From positions 322,937 to 386,936 of the forward strand of contig JBBDYJ010000025.1 of assembly GCA_040901675.1 (NCBI GenBank): DNA of 64,000 nt. The letters run 5' to 3'. Both the position numbers and the translations under genes were made by a program. Below the pieces are notes generated by a model. It saw only the letters and a program-made list of their open reading frames with translations. It was not told where the DNA came from and did not search any database. This DNA comes from Pirellulales bacterium. GTDB taxonomy: Bacteria > Planctomycetota > Planctomycetia > Pirellulales > JAICIG01. Below are positions 1-10,117 of the stretch, piece by piece (the first letter of the stretch is position 1; each line of letters starts with the position of its first letter).

Positions 1-26
1 GCGCGGCCTGGGAGGCGCTGGCTGCC

Positions 27-1826
27 TTGCCGGAGTTGGATTTTGCACAAGAGGGCCGCCGACCCAACTGGCTCGCCGCCAGCCGCGACGAATGCCGGCG
101 GGTCCGCGCTGCCATGCTGACGGCGGCCCGCGGTCCCGGCCACGCATCGTTCCAGCATGGATTGGGCCAGGTCGCTGCCGGCGAGCCGCCGCGGCAACGG
201 ATGGCCCGCCTGTGGGCGGTGATGCCCCAAGCCGATGAGCCAAACGCCGCCGGCCAAGACTACTTCGACTCCTGCCTGGCGGCGTTCGACGAGGCCGCCG
301 CCGCCGAGGAGCGCCTGGAAGCAGTCCGGCTGGTGCAGATCGGCCTGGGCGACCTGCGAGTGCAACCGGGACAGCCGGAGGTTTACAGCGGCTACAGTGG
401 CAACGCCACCGACGAGGTGGCGACGGAAATACGGCAACGGCTGGTCGAGTGGCTCGCGCCGGCGTGCCCGGCGGCGGATGCCGAGCTGAATCGCGAGTTG
501 GCCCGCCTGCTGGGAATGCTCTCGGCCGACGATCCGGGATTGCCGGAGGCGATCGTCGATCGGGTCTCCCACGCCAGCTTGCCCAAGGACGACATCCATT
601 ACCTGATCGTTCTCTCACGGCTGCCGGCAGCACGGACGGCCAAAGTGACCCAAGCCACAGCAGTGGCCCTGGCCGGCCTGCACCCCAAGCTGGCTGCCCG
701 AGGCATGTATCCCGACCGCAACTGGCCGCTCCGCGTGGCGGAGTTGTTCGACGAGCTCTGCCGGCGCGACTCTCATTTGGCGGCCACGCTTGCCCGGCAT
801 GAAGCCTTCGGATTGCCGGACCACAGTTTGTTCGCGGCCGGGATGAGCGGGCCGGCCCGGCAGGCCGCCGCCGGGCGGCTGCTGGCGCTGGCAACCGAGT
901 CGGACGACGCCCCGCCGTGGACCAGCCAGTTGGTGACCGTGCTCGGCTCGCTGCCCGCCGAACGGGTGCTGCCTCACCTGCGCGAGCAATGGAGTGATTA
1001 TGGATTGCGAGACGCGATCGCGCTGGTGCTGGCCGACCATGGGCAGACGGCCGATCGCGAGCGCCTGGTCGAGGCCTTGTCGTCGGCCGACGGCAACGTC
1101 GTGCGGCGAGCGGCCGAGGCGCTGGCCGCCTTCAATTCCCCGCAGCCGGCCGAGCTGGCCACCGCCGTGCGGACCCTGCGCGAGTATTGCGCAGCCAAGG
1201 AGCACTCCGCCGTGAGGCAGGCCCTGGCCGGCTTGCTGCGCGCCTGGGCCGGGCACGAGATCGCCATTGACGAGCAGGCCGCCGGCGATCTTTCGGCGGC
1301 CTACCAGCCATGGTTCGATTGGTTTGCCGCCCAGCATCCTGACGAAGCGGCCCGCCTGGCCGACTTTGCCGGGGCCGACGCGGCCGCCTGGCGCGAGCGG
1401 CTGGCGGCGGTCGACTTCTCGCAAGGCGACGTCGGCCGGGGCAAGGTGTTGTTCGAGAAGCGGGCCTGCCATCGCTGCCACGTGGCGGCCGGCCGGCTGG
1501 GTCCCGACTTGCGCGGGGCCGCGGCGCGCTTCTCCCCCCAGGACCTGTTCGCGGCCATCGTCGAGCCGAGCAAGGAAGTGTCGCCCCTCTATCAAACCAC
1601 GCTGGTGACGACGCGCGGCGGGCAGGTGTACCACGGGCTGCTCGTCTACGACTCGGCCGACGGCCTGTTGTTGCAGACCAGTCCCGACACCACGGTCCGC
1701 GTAACCGGCGACGACATCGACCAGGTCCTGCCCAGCCGGCAGTCGCTGATGCCCACCGGGCTGTTGAACGACGCCACCGACCAGGACCTGGCCGATTTGT
1801 ATGCCTACCTGAAGACGATCCACTAG
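27..1826 (+). CDS. C-terminal part of a PVC-type haem-binding (CxxCH) / membrane-bound dehydrogenase-like protein; probably starts upstream of the window
   Basis: HEAT-like repeats, then GDVGRGKVLFEKRACHRCH ... GPDL ... SLMPTGL, typical of the Planctomycete haem-binding C-terminal domain. The frame is open to the window edge. Confidence 0.8.
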   Translation: MPELDFAQEGRRPNWLAASRDECRRVRAAMLTAARGPGHASFQHGLGQVAAGEPPRQRMARLWAVMPQADEPNAAGQDYFDSCLAAFDEAAAAEERLEAVRLVQIGLGDLRVQPGQPEVYSGYSGNATDEVATEIRQRLVEWLAPACPAADAELNRELARLLGMLSADDPGLPEAIVDRVSHASLPKDDIHYLIVLSRLPAARTAKVTQATAVALAGLHPKLAARGMYPDRNWPLRVAELFDELCRRDSHLAATLARHEAFGLPDHSLFAAGMSGPARQAAAGRLLALATESDDAPPWTSQLVTVLGSLPAERVLPHLREQWSDYGLRDAIALVLADHGQTADRERLVEALSSADGNVVRRAAEALAAFNSPQPAELATAVRTLREYCAAKEHSAVRQALAGLLRAWAGHEIAIDEQAAGDLSAAYQPWFDWFAAQHPDEAARLADFAGADAAAWRERLAAVDFSQGDVGRGKVLFEKRACHRCHVAAGRLGPDLRGAAARFSPQDLFAAIVEPSKEVSPLYQTTLVTTRGGQVYHGLLVYDSADGLLLQTSPDTTVRVTGDDIDQVLPSRQSLMPTGLLNDATDQDLADLYAYLKTIH

Positions 1827-1830
1827 CGAC

Positions 1831-2226
1831 GTAGCCGGATTCGCCAGGATTCGGGCCCCTCGCGGCTCCCGTAGCCGGATTCAACAGAATTCGGACCGCG
1901 ATTCACTTTACCAGACTTTGCAGTCGCCCTCGGCCATTGACTGCCGCTCGCTTTCGAGCGCAAACAGCCCCGAACGGGGCGAAAGTTAATAGCCGGGGTG
2001 CGTAAGCCCCCGGCAGCGCGCCACCGACAGCGCGTCGTAAGCCCCGAAGGGGGCGACAGTGATCGTCGCGCGACGTTCCGCTTCCGAAACGAGTGGCGTG
2101 TTATGTTCGCCATGGTTCTCTCCACCAGAACTCCGGCGAGTTCTGCTACCTCGAGATTCCCGTAGCCGGATTCGCCAGAATTCGGGCCGCAATCCGCTTC
2201 ACCCGAACTCTGGCGAGTTCTGCTAC
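1831..2226. repeat. Cluster of GTAG-type REP-like palindromes between convergent genes
   Basis: GTAGCCGGATTC(G/A)(C/A)CAG(G/A)ATTCGG at 1831, 1871 and 2162. Reverse copies ..GAACTC(C/T)GGCGAGTTCTGCTAC at ~2125-2149 and 2203-2226. AGCCCCGAA..GGGGCGA hairpins at ~1966 and ~2040. Confidence 0.8.
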
Positions 2227-2227
2227 T

Positions 2228-3736
2228 TCACTGGTTCAACCACCTTTGAGCGAAGACGTTGGCCGCATCGCGGCTGGGAAACGCGCGGATCGAATAACGA
2301 GGCTTGGCCTGTTGCAGCTTGGTCAACTGCTCCCGCTGCCATTGCTGCACGGCGGCCGGTGAGAAGCTGACAATTGCCATCCGCACCAGGTCGGTCTCGA
2401 TCATCGCCACGTAGTGCGTCTGGTTGATGATCGGGTCGCTGTACGGCAGCTTCTGCAAGTGCTTGACCAAGGCCTTCTCGTGACCCAAAAAATCGTCGCC
2501 AAAGTGCTTCTCGAACAGGGCCACCTGCTCGTCGGAGGTCATCTGCTTCAAAGGCTCGGCCTGGCTGACTTCGGCCAGGAAGGCGAAGAACTTCTCCTGG
2601 CGCCGCTCGGCCAGGTAATGGGTCAAGGCCCAAGCGGAGGCATAGCCCGTCGACGTGAGCGCCTGGGCCTCGACGGTGGGCCGCACCAGCTCGTTGGGTC
2701 CGCCCGCTGGTCCCTGGGCGAGATACTCTTCCAGCTCCTTCATCCGTATGTCGTTGACCACGCCGACTCCCTTCCAGCGGATTCGATTGCCGACGGTGGT
2801 CGGGGCGAAGTACTCCGGCAGCCCCTCGCTGATCCAGATCGGCCAGCGCGAGAGCCGCTGTTGAACGCCGATGTTGTGCAGGATCTGGTGGACTCCCTCG
2901 TGCGCGATGACGGAGATCGACTGCTTGACGGCCAGCTCCGGCGCGATCTCGACCAGCTTCGACTGCTCGTACATCACGACGTGGTTCGATACCCCGTTGT
3001 AGTAGGCCGCCACTCCCTCGGGCATCTTGTGGTACTTGTCGAACTCCTCCTGCGTCTTGAACATGATCACGACCAGCGGCATTTCCGGATCGTGGACCGG
3101 CAGCTTCCGCCGCTTGCAGTAGGCCAGCAGGCTCGGATACATCGTCTCCAGGATGCGGCTGGTCGCCAGGTAAAAGGGCTGGCTGGTGTTGTAGACGTAG
3201 AGATAGCGCTTCGTGCGGCGGGTCCGGAAACCTTGGAACGCCCCGCCGGTGAGCTCCGCGGCCATTTCGTCCATGCCGGCCGGCTCGAACTTGCGGTCGG
3301 TCTCCGTGGCATCGCGGGTGAGGATCGAATCCAGCCGGCCGTTGGGCAACAGCACCACCAGGCGGTCGCCTACCTCCACGAAGACCTTGGCCACCACCGG
3401 ATCCCTGCCCTCGACCGGCGCCAGAACGCGCCGATCACCCCCCGGCTTAGCCGGCGCCTCGGGCACGATCAGCTCGAAGTCTCGCGGATCGGCCTGGGGG
3501 GCCGGCTGCTGCGCCAGCAGCTCGGCGGCCGACAGCGAAATGCAAAAGGCCGCAAGGAATGACCGAAAAATAACTTCGGCAAAGTCGAGCGAGCTGGGTG
3601 GCTGGGGCAAAGCGATAAGCGTGCCCCAGTTGCAATGTGAGGAAGTTATTTTTCGGCCGATACGAAGTTGCCAAACGAGGGCGGCCCAGCGCAACGGTGC
3701 CCGGCGCACGGAAGACTGAGGCTGTTTGGACTGCAT
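2228..3736 (-). CDS. DUF1570 domain-containing protein (zincin-like, probably exported); true start probably ~150-180 nt downstream of the ORF start
   Basis: IAHEGVHQILHNIG (HExxH), WISEGLPEYFA, YASAWALTHYL; signal-peptide-like stretch near the N-terminus. Confidence 0.8.
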   Translation of the reverse strand: MQSKQPQSSVRRAPLRWAALVWQLRIGRKITSSHCNWGTLIALPQPPSSLDFAEVIFRSFLAAFCISLSAAELLAQQPAPQADPRDFELIVPEAPAKPGGDRRVLAPVEGRDPVVAKVFVEVGDRLVVLLPNGRLDSILTRDATETDRKFEPAGMDEMAAELTGGAFQGFRTRRTKRYLYVYNTSQPFYLATSRILETMYPSLLAYCKRRKLPVHDPEMPLVVIMFKTQEEFDKYHKMPEGVAAYYNGVSNHVVMYEQSKLVEIAPELAVKQSISVIAHEGVHQILHNIGVQQRLSRWPIWISEGLPEYFAPTTVGNRIRWKGVGVVNDIRMKELEEYLAQGPAGGPNELVRPTVEAQALTSTGYASAWALTHYLAERRQEKFFAFLAEVSQAEPLKQMTSDEQVALFEKHFGDDFLGHEKALVKHLQKLPYSDPIINQTHYVAMIETDLVRMAIVSFSPAAVQQWQREQLTKLQQAKPRYSIRAFPSRDAANVFAQRWLNQ

Positions 3737-3934
3737 GGTTCCGTTTTACCTGAGTAGATCGCTGTGCTCCAGTGACCAACCACCAGACAGCGGCAACAAA
3801 TCCACTTGCGTCTGGACTCTGGACTCCGGACTCCGGACTTTGTTATGCTGAATCGCAGCGCGGGAGGCCGGTTTTCCCGCGTTTTTCATTTCCGGCCCTT
3901 CACTCGGCCGTGCGGCCGAAGAAAGATGGAGCTC

Positions 3935-4219
3935 ATGGCAAAAAAAGCAAGCGCCCGCCATATTCTCGTCAACACCAAGGAAGCGTGCGAGGACCTGAAG
4001 ACCCAAATTGCCGAAGGGGCCGACTTCGCCAAGCTGGCCCGCACGCACTCGACGTGCCCCTCCGGCAAAGAGGGCGGCGCGCTGGGCGAGTTCAGCCCAG
4101 GCCAGATGGTCCCCGAGTTTGACCGGGTCGTGTTCAGTTGCGACGTGGGCGAGGTGCAGGGCCCGGTGAAGACCCAGTTTGGCTGGCATCTGGTCGAGGT
4201 CACCAGCCGCCGCGACTAG
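3935..4219 (+). CDS. ppiC: Parvulin-type peptidyl-prolyl isomerase
   Basis: ASARHILV ... [23 protein letters not shown] ... GQMVPEFD ... [14 protein letters not shown] at 3935 after GGAG. Confidence 0.93.
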   Translation: MAKKASARHILVNTKEACEDLKTQIAEGADFAKLARTHSTCPSGKEGGALGEFSPGQMVPEFDRVVFSCDVGEVQGPVKTQFGWHLVEVTSRRD

Positions 4220-4241
4220 GACTCTCGGAAACTCAGGGAGG

Positions 4242-5858
4242 ATGATGATGCACGAGAGCCGCGGCCCGGACGACCAATCGGCGGGTGGCATGGTCCAGCA
4301 CTCCGCGAAAACCGCGGGCCGCTGGCGCCGCTATTGGCCGCCGATCGTGATTGTGGCTCTGGCCGGCGCTACGATCGCCTGGGTCCAGTCGACCGAGACG
4401 ATCCAGATCGCCGCCACGCGCTTCCTGACGACCGCATCGTGTCTGATGCTGGCGGCACTGCTGCTGGCACTCTGGTTCATCTTCTTCACCGGCTTGCCCG
4501 CGCTGACCCGTTTTACGCTGCTCGGGCTTGGCCTGGCGTTTGCCGTCATCTTTACGCTCACTGTGCGCGTCGAAGGCGTCAGCGGCGACATGCAACCGAA
4601 GCTGACCTGGCGGTGGTCGCCCAAGGCGGACGAACGCCTGGCTGCCGCGCTCGACAGCTCCGCGGACCGTGCCGCGGTCGACCTGGCGGGCGGTTCTCCC
4701 GCGGACTTCCCGCAGTTCCTGGGAAAAAACCGCAACGCCGTGGTCCAGAACGTCCGGCTGGCGCGCGATTGGCAGGCGAATCCGCCGGAGCTGGTCTGGC
4801 GGCAGCCGATCGGCTCCGGCTGGTCGGCATTCGCCGTGGTGGGCGACTATGCGGTAACCCAGGAGCAGCGGGGCGGCCAGGAGTTGGTCGTCTGCTACGA
4901 GCTGCTGTCGGGCATCCCGCGCTGGTCGCACGCCGATCGGGGCCGCTACAGTTCCACGATTGCCGGCGACGGGCCCCGCTCCACGCCCACGATTTTCGAA
5001 GGCCGCGTGTATGCCTTCGGCGTCGAGGGGCGGCTGAGCTGTCTGGACGGCGCCAGCGGCGAAGCGATCTGGACGCGGGACGTGCTGGCCGAGAACGGGG
5101 CCAAGAACCGGCAGTGGGGGAACAGTTGTTCGCCCTTGATCCTCGACGACCTGGTCGTGGTCAGTGCCGGCGGGTCGGCCGGCCGGTCGCTGGTCGCTTA
5201 CGACCGGATAACCGGCGAGCCGGCCTGGACCGGCGGTGACGACCCGGCGAGCTACAGCTCTCCGCTGCTGTGTACCTTGGGCGGCGTCCGGCAGATCCTG
5301 ATCGTGAATGCCAACAGCCTGGCCTCGCACGATCCGGCCGGCGGCCGCCTCTTGTGGCGGTTTCGCTGGGAAGGAGGAGAGCCCAAGGTTCCCCAGCCGC
5401 TGCCGCTGGAGCCGGACCAGGTGTTCATCGCCGCCGGCTATGGAGTCGGCTGCAAGCTGCTGTCGCTCCAGAACCAGCAAGGCGACTTTCGGGTCAGCAC
5501 CGCTTGGGAAAACCGCCTGCTCAAGCCCAAGTTCACCAACGTCGTTGTGCGCGACGGCTTCGTGTACGGCTTGGACGACGGCCGCTCGCTCGTCTGCCTC
5601 GACCTGGCCACCGGCCGGCGCGTATGGCGGGGCGGACGATACGGCCACGGCCAGTTATTGTTGATTGACGATTTGCTCTTGATCCAGACCGACTCGGGCG
5701 AAATGGTGCTGGCGGAGGCCAACCCCCAGCAGCACGTCGAGCTAGGCCGTTTCCAGGCCATCGAGGGCAAGAGCTGGAACACTCCCGCCTTGGCCGGCCA
5801 GTATCTGCTGGTCCGCAACGCCGAGGAAGCCGCATGCTACCGCCTGCCCCTCGAATGA
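4242..5858 (+). CDS. PQQ-binding-like beta-propeller repeat protein with N-terminal membrane segments
   Basis: N-terminal hydrophobic helices; DFPQFLG, GPRSTPT, SYSSP, WNTPALAG motifs typical of Planctomycete PQQ-like proteins. Confidence 0.85.
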   Translation: MMMHESRGPDDQSAGGMVQHSAKTAGRWRRYWPPIVIVALAGATIAWVQSTETIQIAATRFLTTASCLMLAALLLALWFIFFTGLPALTRFTLLGLGLAFAVIFTLTVRVEGVSGDMQPKLTWRWSPKADERLAAALDSSADRAAVDLAGGSPADFPQFLGKNRNAVVQNVRLARDWQANPPELVWRQPIGSGWSAFAVVGDYAVTQEQRGGQELVVCYELLSGIPRWSHADRGRYSSTIAGDGPRSTPTIFEGRVYAFGVEGRLSCLDGASGEAIWTRDVLAENGAKNRQWGNSCSPLILDDLVVVSAGGSAGRSLVAYDRITGEPAWTGGDDPASYSSPLLCTLGGVRQILIVNANSLASHDPAGGRLLWRFRWEGGEPKVPQPLPLEPDQVFIAAGYGVGCKLLSLQNQQGDFRVSTAWENRLLKPKFTNVVVRDGFVYGLDDGRSLVCLDLATGRRVWRGGRYGHGQLLLIDDLLLIQTDSGEMVLAEANPQQHVELGRFQAIEGKSWNTPALAGQYLLVRNAEEAACYRLPLE

Positions 5859-5890
5859 AGGCCTGGACATGGAGCGTCCATCCTTGTCGA

Positions 5891-6514
5891 TTAGTGGCCC
5901 TTCGCCTTTGCCATCTCGAGCATCTCATCCAGCATCGCTTGCAAGTAGGGGCACTTTTCTCTCGCCACTGCCGGACTCAGTTTGGCGAATAGCTCCCTGC
6001 CGTTAACCGTCTTCTTATAGCCTTTCTTGAGACGTTGCTTGTAAATGCGATCCAAAAGTTTTGCGGGCGGTTCTTCAAAATCGACCATCTCTGGATTCGC
6101 TACTTTGGTGGGAAACGCGTTTCGCACTTTCTCTGGAAAGTTCTCCGGCTGGCTCAGCAACCAAGCCTCGACCTCGTGCACCGCAAAGAACATCCGAAAC
6201 CGATCGTCATTGACCTGCTTTTCACAATGCCTCACACCCCAGGCCTGCCGTTGTTCCGCCGTCGTGAGATCCTCGGGATAATCCGGACCATATAGGTCCA
6301 GGAGTCCGAGCACGGCGATCAGCTCATCCTGTTTCGGCCCGTGGAGATGCATCCTGGCTTTGATCGCCATCTCGCGCATGAAATGTGCATGGCCCCGGAA
6401 TCTGATGGGCTGGATACCTACTCGCTGAGTCAGGTTCCGATCAAGCCAACGCTTCAAGAAATCCGGGATCGCGCGCTTTTCCGTTTCACCTTCGACCAGC
6501 AGGAGAAACTTCAT
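5891..6514 (-). CDS. DUF4276-family (TOPRIM-like) protein
   Basis: LLVEGETE N-terminal motif, LLDLY, HEVEAWLL, PPAKLL, YKKTVNG; 4-bp overlap with the upstream ATPase. Confidence 0.8.
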   Translation of the reverse strand: MKFLLLVEGETEKRAIPDFLKRWLDRNLTQRVGIQPIRFRGHAHFMREMAIKARMHLHGPKQDELIAVLGLLDLYGPDYPEDLTTAEQRQAWGVRHCEKQVNDDRFRMFFAVHEVEAWLLSQPENFPEKVRNAFPTKVANPEMVDFEEPPAKLLDRIYKQRLKKGYKKTVNGRELFAKLSPAVAREKCPYLQAMLDEMLEMAKAKGH

Positions 6515-7707
6515 GGAAGCGTCTCGAGCTCATTCGAACGGTACAGGTCGCCCAGGCTGTACTGGCTCAGCCAGTATGTCAGGTCTTCCCCCGAAATAAC
6601 GCGCAGGTGAGTCTCGCCATCTCGCCGCTCGACAACCGTCGTGGTGGGCACTTCTCTGCCAAATGCGTCCAGGAATTCCGGCGAGTGGGTGGTCAATATC
6701 ACCTGGGCCCGGGTTGATGCATCCCGCGCGTACTCGGCCACGATCGGCAACATCGAAGGGTGCAGGCCTGTCTCTGGCTCGTCGATCGCAATCAGAGGAG
6801 GTGGCGATGGGTTGGCCAAGACGGCAAGGAGAAACAGGAATCGCAGTGTTCCGTCGGACAGGTCCGCCGCCGACTGCTCTCGCTGCAAGCTCCTCCACCG
6901 GATCCTCAACTGGATCCTTTGGTCCGCCGCCGGCGGAAATACAAGTTCCTCATAGTCGTCGCCGAAGGCGGCTCGCATCGCGGTGTTGATCTCGTCCTTG
7001 AAGCCGCGGCTGCTGGTATACAAGCTGTGCAGAACGGAGATCAGGTTCTGACCATCGGGGCTGACCTGTGTATCGGCTCGCGTCACTTGCGCCGTGCGAA
7101 TTGCCGCCTCGCGGTGCGTTTGAAATCCTTGGTGGATCTTCCAGGCCGCCAGCTCTTTCTGGAACTCGCCAATGATTCGGTTCGCCGTGAAAGGGCCGCC
7201 GGCAATCGAGAGTAGCGCCTCTTCTTCGGGCACCACGGCCCCAGGAGCCTCGAATCGCTTCAGGTCCGTCGAATAGACGACGGCATGATGTGGATTACGT
7301 TCCAGCAGCTTGAACGGCTCCTGCATCTCCCCCGTTTCGACCTTGTGGAAGTTAGCCAGTAACTCGTGGTCAACCCTGTAGCTGCTCGACTTTCCGAGTC
7401 GCCCCAACGTGATGGCAAAAGTCAGCGAGTCTTTCTCGTGGTCGGTGTAGGGGGGCAGCGGCGTCATTTTCACGCGAAGCTGGACTTTTTCGGCGATGCC
7501 GTCCCAAACAATCGGCTCCATCCCCCCTTCCTGCTGGACATAGCTTCCCAGCCCGCCCACGGCGGCAAAATGGAGCGTCTCCACGGCGCGGAGCAGATTG
7601 GTCTTGCCACTGGCATTCGGCCCGATCAGCACATTCAAATCGCCGGGACACCAGGTCTGTGATTTGAGGGAACGCAGTCCCTCAACCGTCAACTTGAGTA
7701 TTTTCAT
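6511..7707 (-). CDS. AAA_21/OLD-type ABC-family ATPase
   Basis: Walker A GPNASGKT, signature LSDGT, Walker B IAIDEPE, H-loop TTHSP; likely start MKILK at 7707. Confidence 0.9.
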   Translation of the reverse strand: MKILKLTVEGLRSLKSQTWCPGDLNVLIGPNASGKTNLLRAVETLHFAAVGGLGSYVQQEGGMEPIVWDGIAEKVQLRVKMTPLPPYTDHEKDSLTFAITLGRLGKSSSYRVDHELLANFHKVETGEMQEPFKLLERNPHHAVVYSTDLKRFEAPGAVVPEEEALLSIAGGPFTANRIIGEFQKELAAWKIHQGFQTHREAAIRTAQVTRADTQVSPDGQNLISVLHSLYTSSRGFKDEINTAMRAAFGDDYEELVFPPAADQRIQLRIRWRSLQREQSAADLSDGTLRFLFLLAVLANPSPPPLIAIDEPETGLHPSMLPIVAEYARDASTRAQVILTTHSPEFLDAFGREVPTTTVVERRDGETHLRVISGEDLTYWLSQYSLGDLYRSNELETLP

Positions 7708-7882
7708 AAAGAGGCTCCAGACCAAGCATACCATCAACCGCCCGGTGCCATGAACAGAACCACTGATTTCCGCTTCCCAATGCCGCGGCACATCCGCCCT
7801 TGGCCAGCCCCTCAGCTCTCAGCCACGCGAACCACGTTCGTCGTCTCCGTTCCCCCCTTCCCCCCTTCACCCGATCCCCCCT

Positions 7883-9337
7883 TCATCCTTCTTCTTCCTC
7901 CTCCTCCTTCTCCCTGGGCTGAAAGTCCGCCTTTGGCGGACCCTCTGCCTTCTGCCCTCTGCCTTCTGCCTTCTGCCTTCCTGCTCCTTCCTCCTGCGTC
8001 AGCATCCCCCAGTCGAGCGCCTGGTCCTGCCGGTAGTTCTTACCCAGCGTCAGTGCCGTCACCGCCTTGGCCATCTCGTAACCGAGATAAAACGAGTGGG
8101 CCGGGTCCAGGTTCCCAGCGCCGCGATCAATCAGCTCGTCGAAGAGCTCGAACGGGTCCTCGCCCATCAGGTGCAGTCCCGCCGCAATGATGTGCAGTTG
8201 GCCCCCTTCCACGAACAAGCGATAGTTCTTGTCCCGGATCTGGCCGGCCAGATGATCCAGCGCGTCCGCATCGTGCTCCAACAGTGCCGGATCGCGCAGC
8301 ATCACCAGCCGCGGCTCGACGTGCTTGGGCAGCGAGCGGTGCCCGACCGCATAGTGCACCAGCCGGCGGGCCAGGTCGCACTCGCGCACCGACGTCCGCG
8401 CCCAGTTGATCACCTCCGTCGTCAGCACGCTGCGGATCCCCAGCTCCTGGCAAAAACCCAACAAGAGCACGTTGATCGGCGCCGAGTCGGCGTCGGTCAG
8501 CTCGGTCAGGTTGCCGATGCCCATCATCATCTCGGCATCCGGGTAACGGTCGCGCACCGCCAGGTACCGCCCCAGGCTGCGGGCAAACCCGAAACCGATC
8601 GGCTCCAGCACCGGGTCGATCCGCAAGCGCACGCCGGCGGCCGCCAAAAAGTCGATCGTTTCATCCAGGCCCGCCAGCGTCTCCGGAACGTCGGGCACCA
8701 CCACCACCTCGCAGCCCCAGTCGATCGCCTGCTCCCGGTTGGACGAATTGACCGACAGCACCAGCTCGGCCCCGGCCCGCACCGCCATCGCGATCTCTGC
8801 CGCGTTCATGCTGTCGATGCTCACGCGATGCCCGGCGTCGCGCAGCGACTCGACAACGTCGCCGACGCCCCGCCACGTCTCGCCCGGATCGCAGCCCACG
8901 TCGATCAAGTCCGCGCCGTCGGCCGCCAGTGCCTCCGCCTCCGACAGAATGGTTTCCAGCGGTAGCCGCGGGCAATGGTTGATCTCGCCCAGGATTTGGA
9001 TGTCGTACCGGCCATAGCCGGCCAGGTCGTCGCGCGGCCGCCCGAACCAGGCCGGCAGCTCGCGCAAATCCTTCGGCCCGCGCTCGACCGGTACGCCGGC
9101 CGCCGCCTCGATCGGCGAAAGATCGCCCTGGCAATAGCCGGGGATCAGCACGCGGCTCGTGCCAGGCGGAACTTCCAGCCGTCGCGCGACCCACTTGGGG
9201 GTCATCAGGGCGGCCACGGTGATCCCCAGCACCTGGATCGAATAGTCGAAAGGGACCTGTGCCGAAAGGTCGTCCACCACTTTGCGCAACGAGAACTCGG
9301 CCAGCCGCCCGGTGACGAAATGAATGTGCTCGGGCAT
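7883..9337 (-). CDS. DUF6513 / dihydropteroate synthase-like protein (methanopterin-pathway Orf20-like)
   Basis: HFVTGRLAE, GPKDLRELP, GADLIDVGC, DPVLEPIGFGF, MMMGIGNLTELTDADS, C-terminal HSFYLGYEMAKA...YRQD. The extreme C-terminus runs through a heptamer repeat tract. Confidence 0.85.
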   Translation of the reverse strand: MPEHIHFVTGRLAEFSLRKVVDDLSAQVPFDYSIQVLGITVAALMTPKWVARRLEVPPGTSRVLIPGYCQGDLSPIEAAAGVPVERGPKDLRELPAWFGRPRDDLAGYGRYDIQILGEINHCPRLPLETILSEAEALAADGADLIDVGCDPGETWRGVGDVVESLRDAGHRVSIDSMNAAEIAMAVRAGAELVLSVNSSNREQAIDWGCEVVVVPDVPETLAGLDETIDFLAAAGVRLRIDPVLEPIGFGFARSLGRYLAVRDRYPDAEMMMGIGNLTELTDADSAPINVLLLGFCQELGIRSVLTTEVINWARTSVRECDLARRLVHYAVGHRSLPKHVEPRLVMLRDPALLEHDADALDHLAGQIRDKNYRLFVEGGQLHIIAAGLHLMGEDPFELFDELIDRGAGNLDPAHSFYLGYEMAKAVTALTLGKNYRQDQALDWGMLTQEEGAGRQKAEGRGQKAEGPPKADFQPREKEEEEEEG

Positions 9338-9343
9338 TCGTGG

Positions 9344-10117
9344 TCACGATCCTCGCCGGCCGCCGTTCACCGCGATCACCTGGCCAGTGATGAAACCGGC
9401 CGCCGGAGACGCCAGAAAGCGCGCCGCGCCGGCCACGTCGTCGGGAGTGCCCCAACGGCCCAGCAGGCATTCCTCTTCGGCGCGGCGCTGCCAGTACTCG
9501 CTGGCCCGGCTGCCCCACGAGGTGCGAATCCAGCCGGGGGCCAGGCAGTTCACGCGCACCTCGGGCGCCAGCGAGCGGGCCAGGCTGCGCGTGAAGGCCA
9601 TCACGGCCCCCTTGGAAGCGGCGAACAGCTCGCCGCTCTCGCCGGCCATGCCATGCTCGGCCTGGTCCCACCCGATGTTGATGATGGCGCCGGAACCGCG
9701 ATGCTTCATCCGCGCGCCGACGTCGCGGGCAACTCGAATCGTGCCCGCCACGTCGACCTTCCAGAGCTGTTCGAGCTTCCGGTCGAACGGCCAGCCCGCC
9801 GCTTCGCCCGTCAGCACGTCGGCCCCCGCATTGTTCACCCAGACATCGACCCCGCCTCGCCATTGCCACGCTTCGCCGACCAAATGCTCCTGCGCGGCGG
9901 CGTCAGCCAGGTCGGCCATCACAACGTGGCTCTGGCATCCCAGGCCGCGAATCTGCTCGGCCGCTTCCTGGGCCGCCTGGCGGCTGCTGCGCGCATGGAC
10001 CAGCACGTCGGCGCCGGCACGGGCCAGTTCCAAGGCGATCGCACGGCCGATGCCGCTGGAAGAGCCGGTGACCACGGCCGTCCGGCCTTCCAGCTCTCGA
10101 GGCGACTGTTGGGACAT
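9344..10117 (-). CDS. SDR-family oxidoreductase (atypical FxxxK active site)
   Basis: TGSSSGIG, VNNAG, LFAASKG, VRVNCLAPGWI; 6 bp upstream of the DUF6513 gene. Confidence 0.88.
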   Translation of the reverse strand: MSQQSPRELEGRTAVVTGSSSGIGRAIALELARAGADVLVHARSSRQAAQEAAEQIRGLGCQSHVVMADLADAAAQEHLVGEAWQWRGGVDVWVNNAGADVLTGEAAGWPFDRKLEQLWKVDVAGTIRVARDVGARMKHRGSGAIINIGWDQAEHGMAGESGELFAASKGAVMAFTRSLARSLAPEVRVNCLAPGWIRTSWGSRASEYWQRRAEEECLLGRWGTPDDVAGAARFLASPAAGFITGQVIAVNGGRRGS

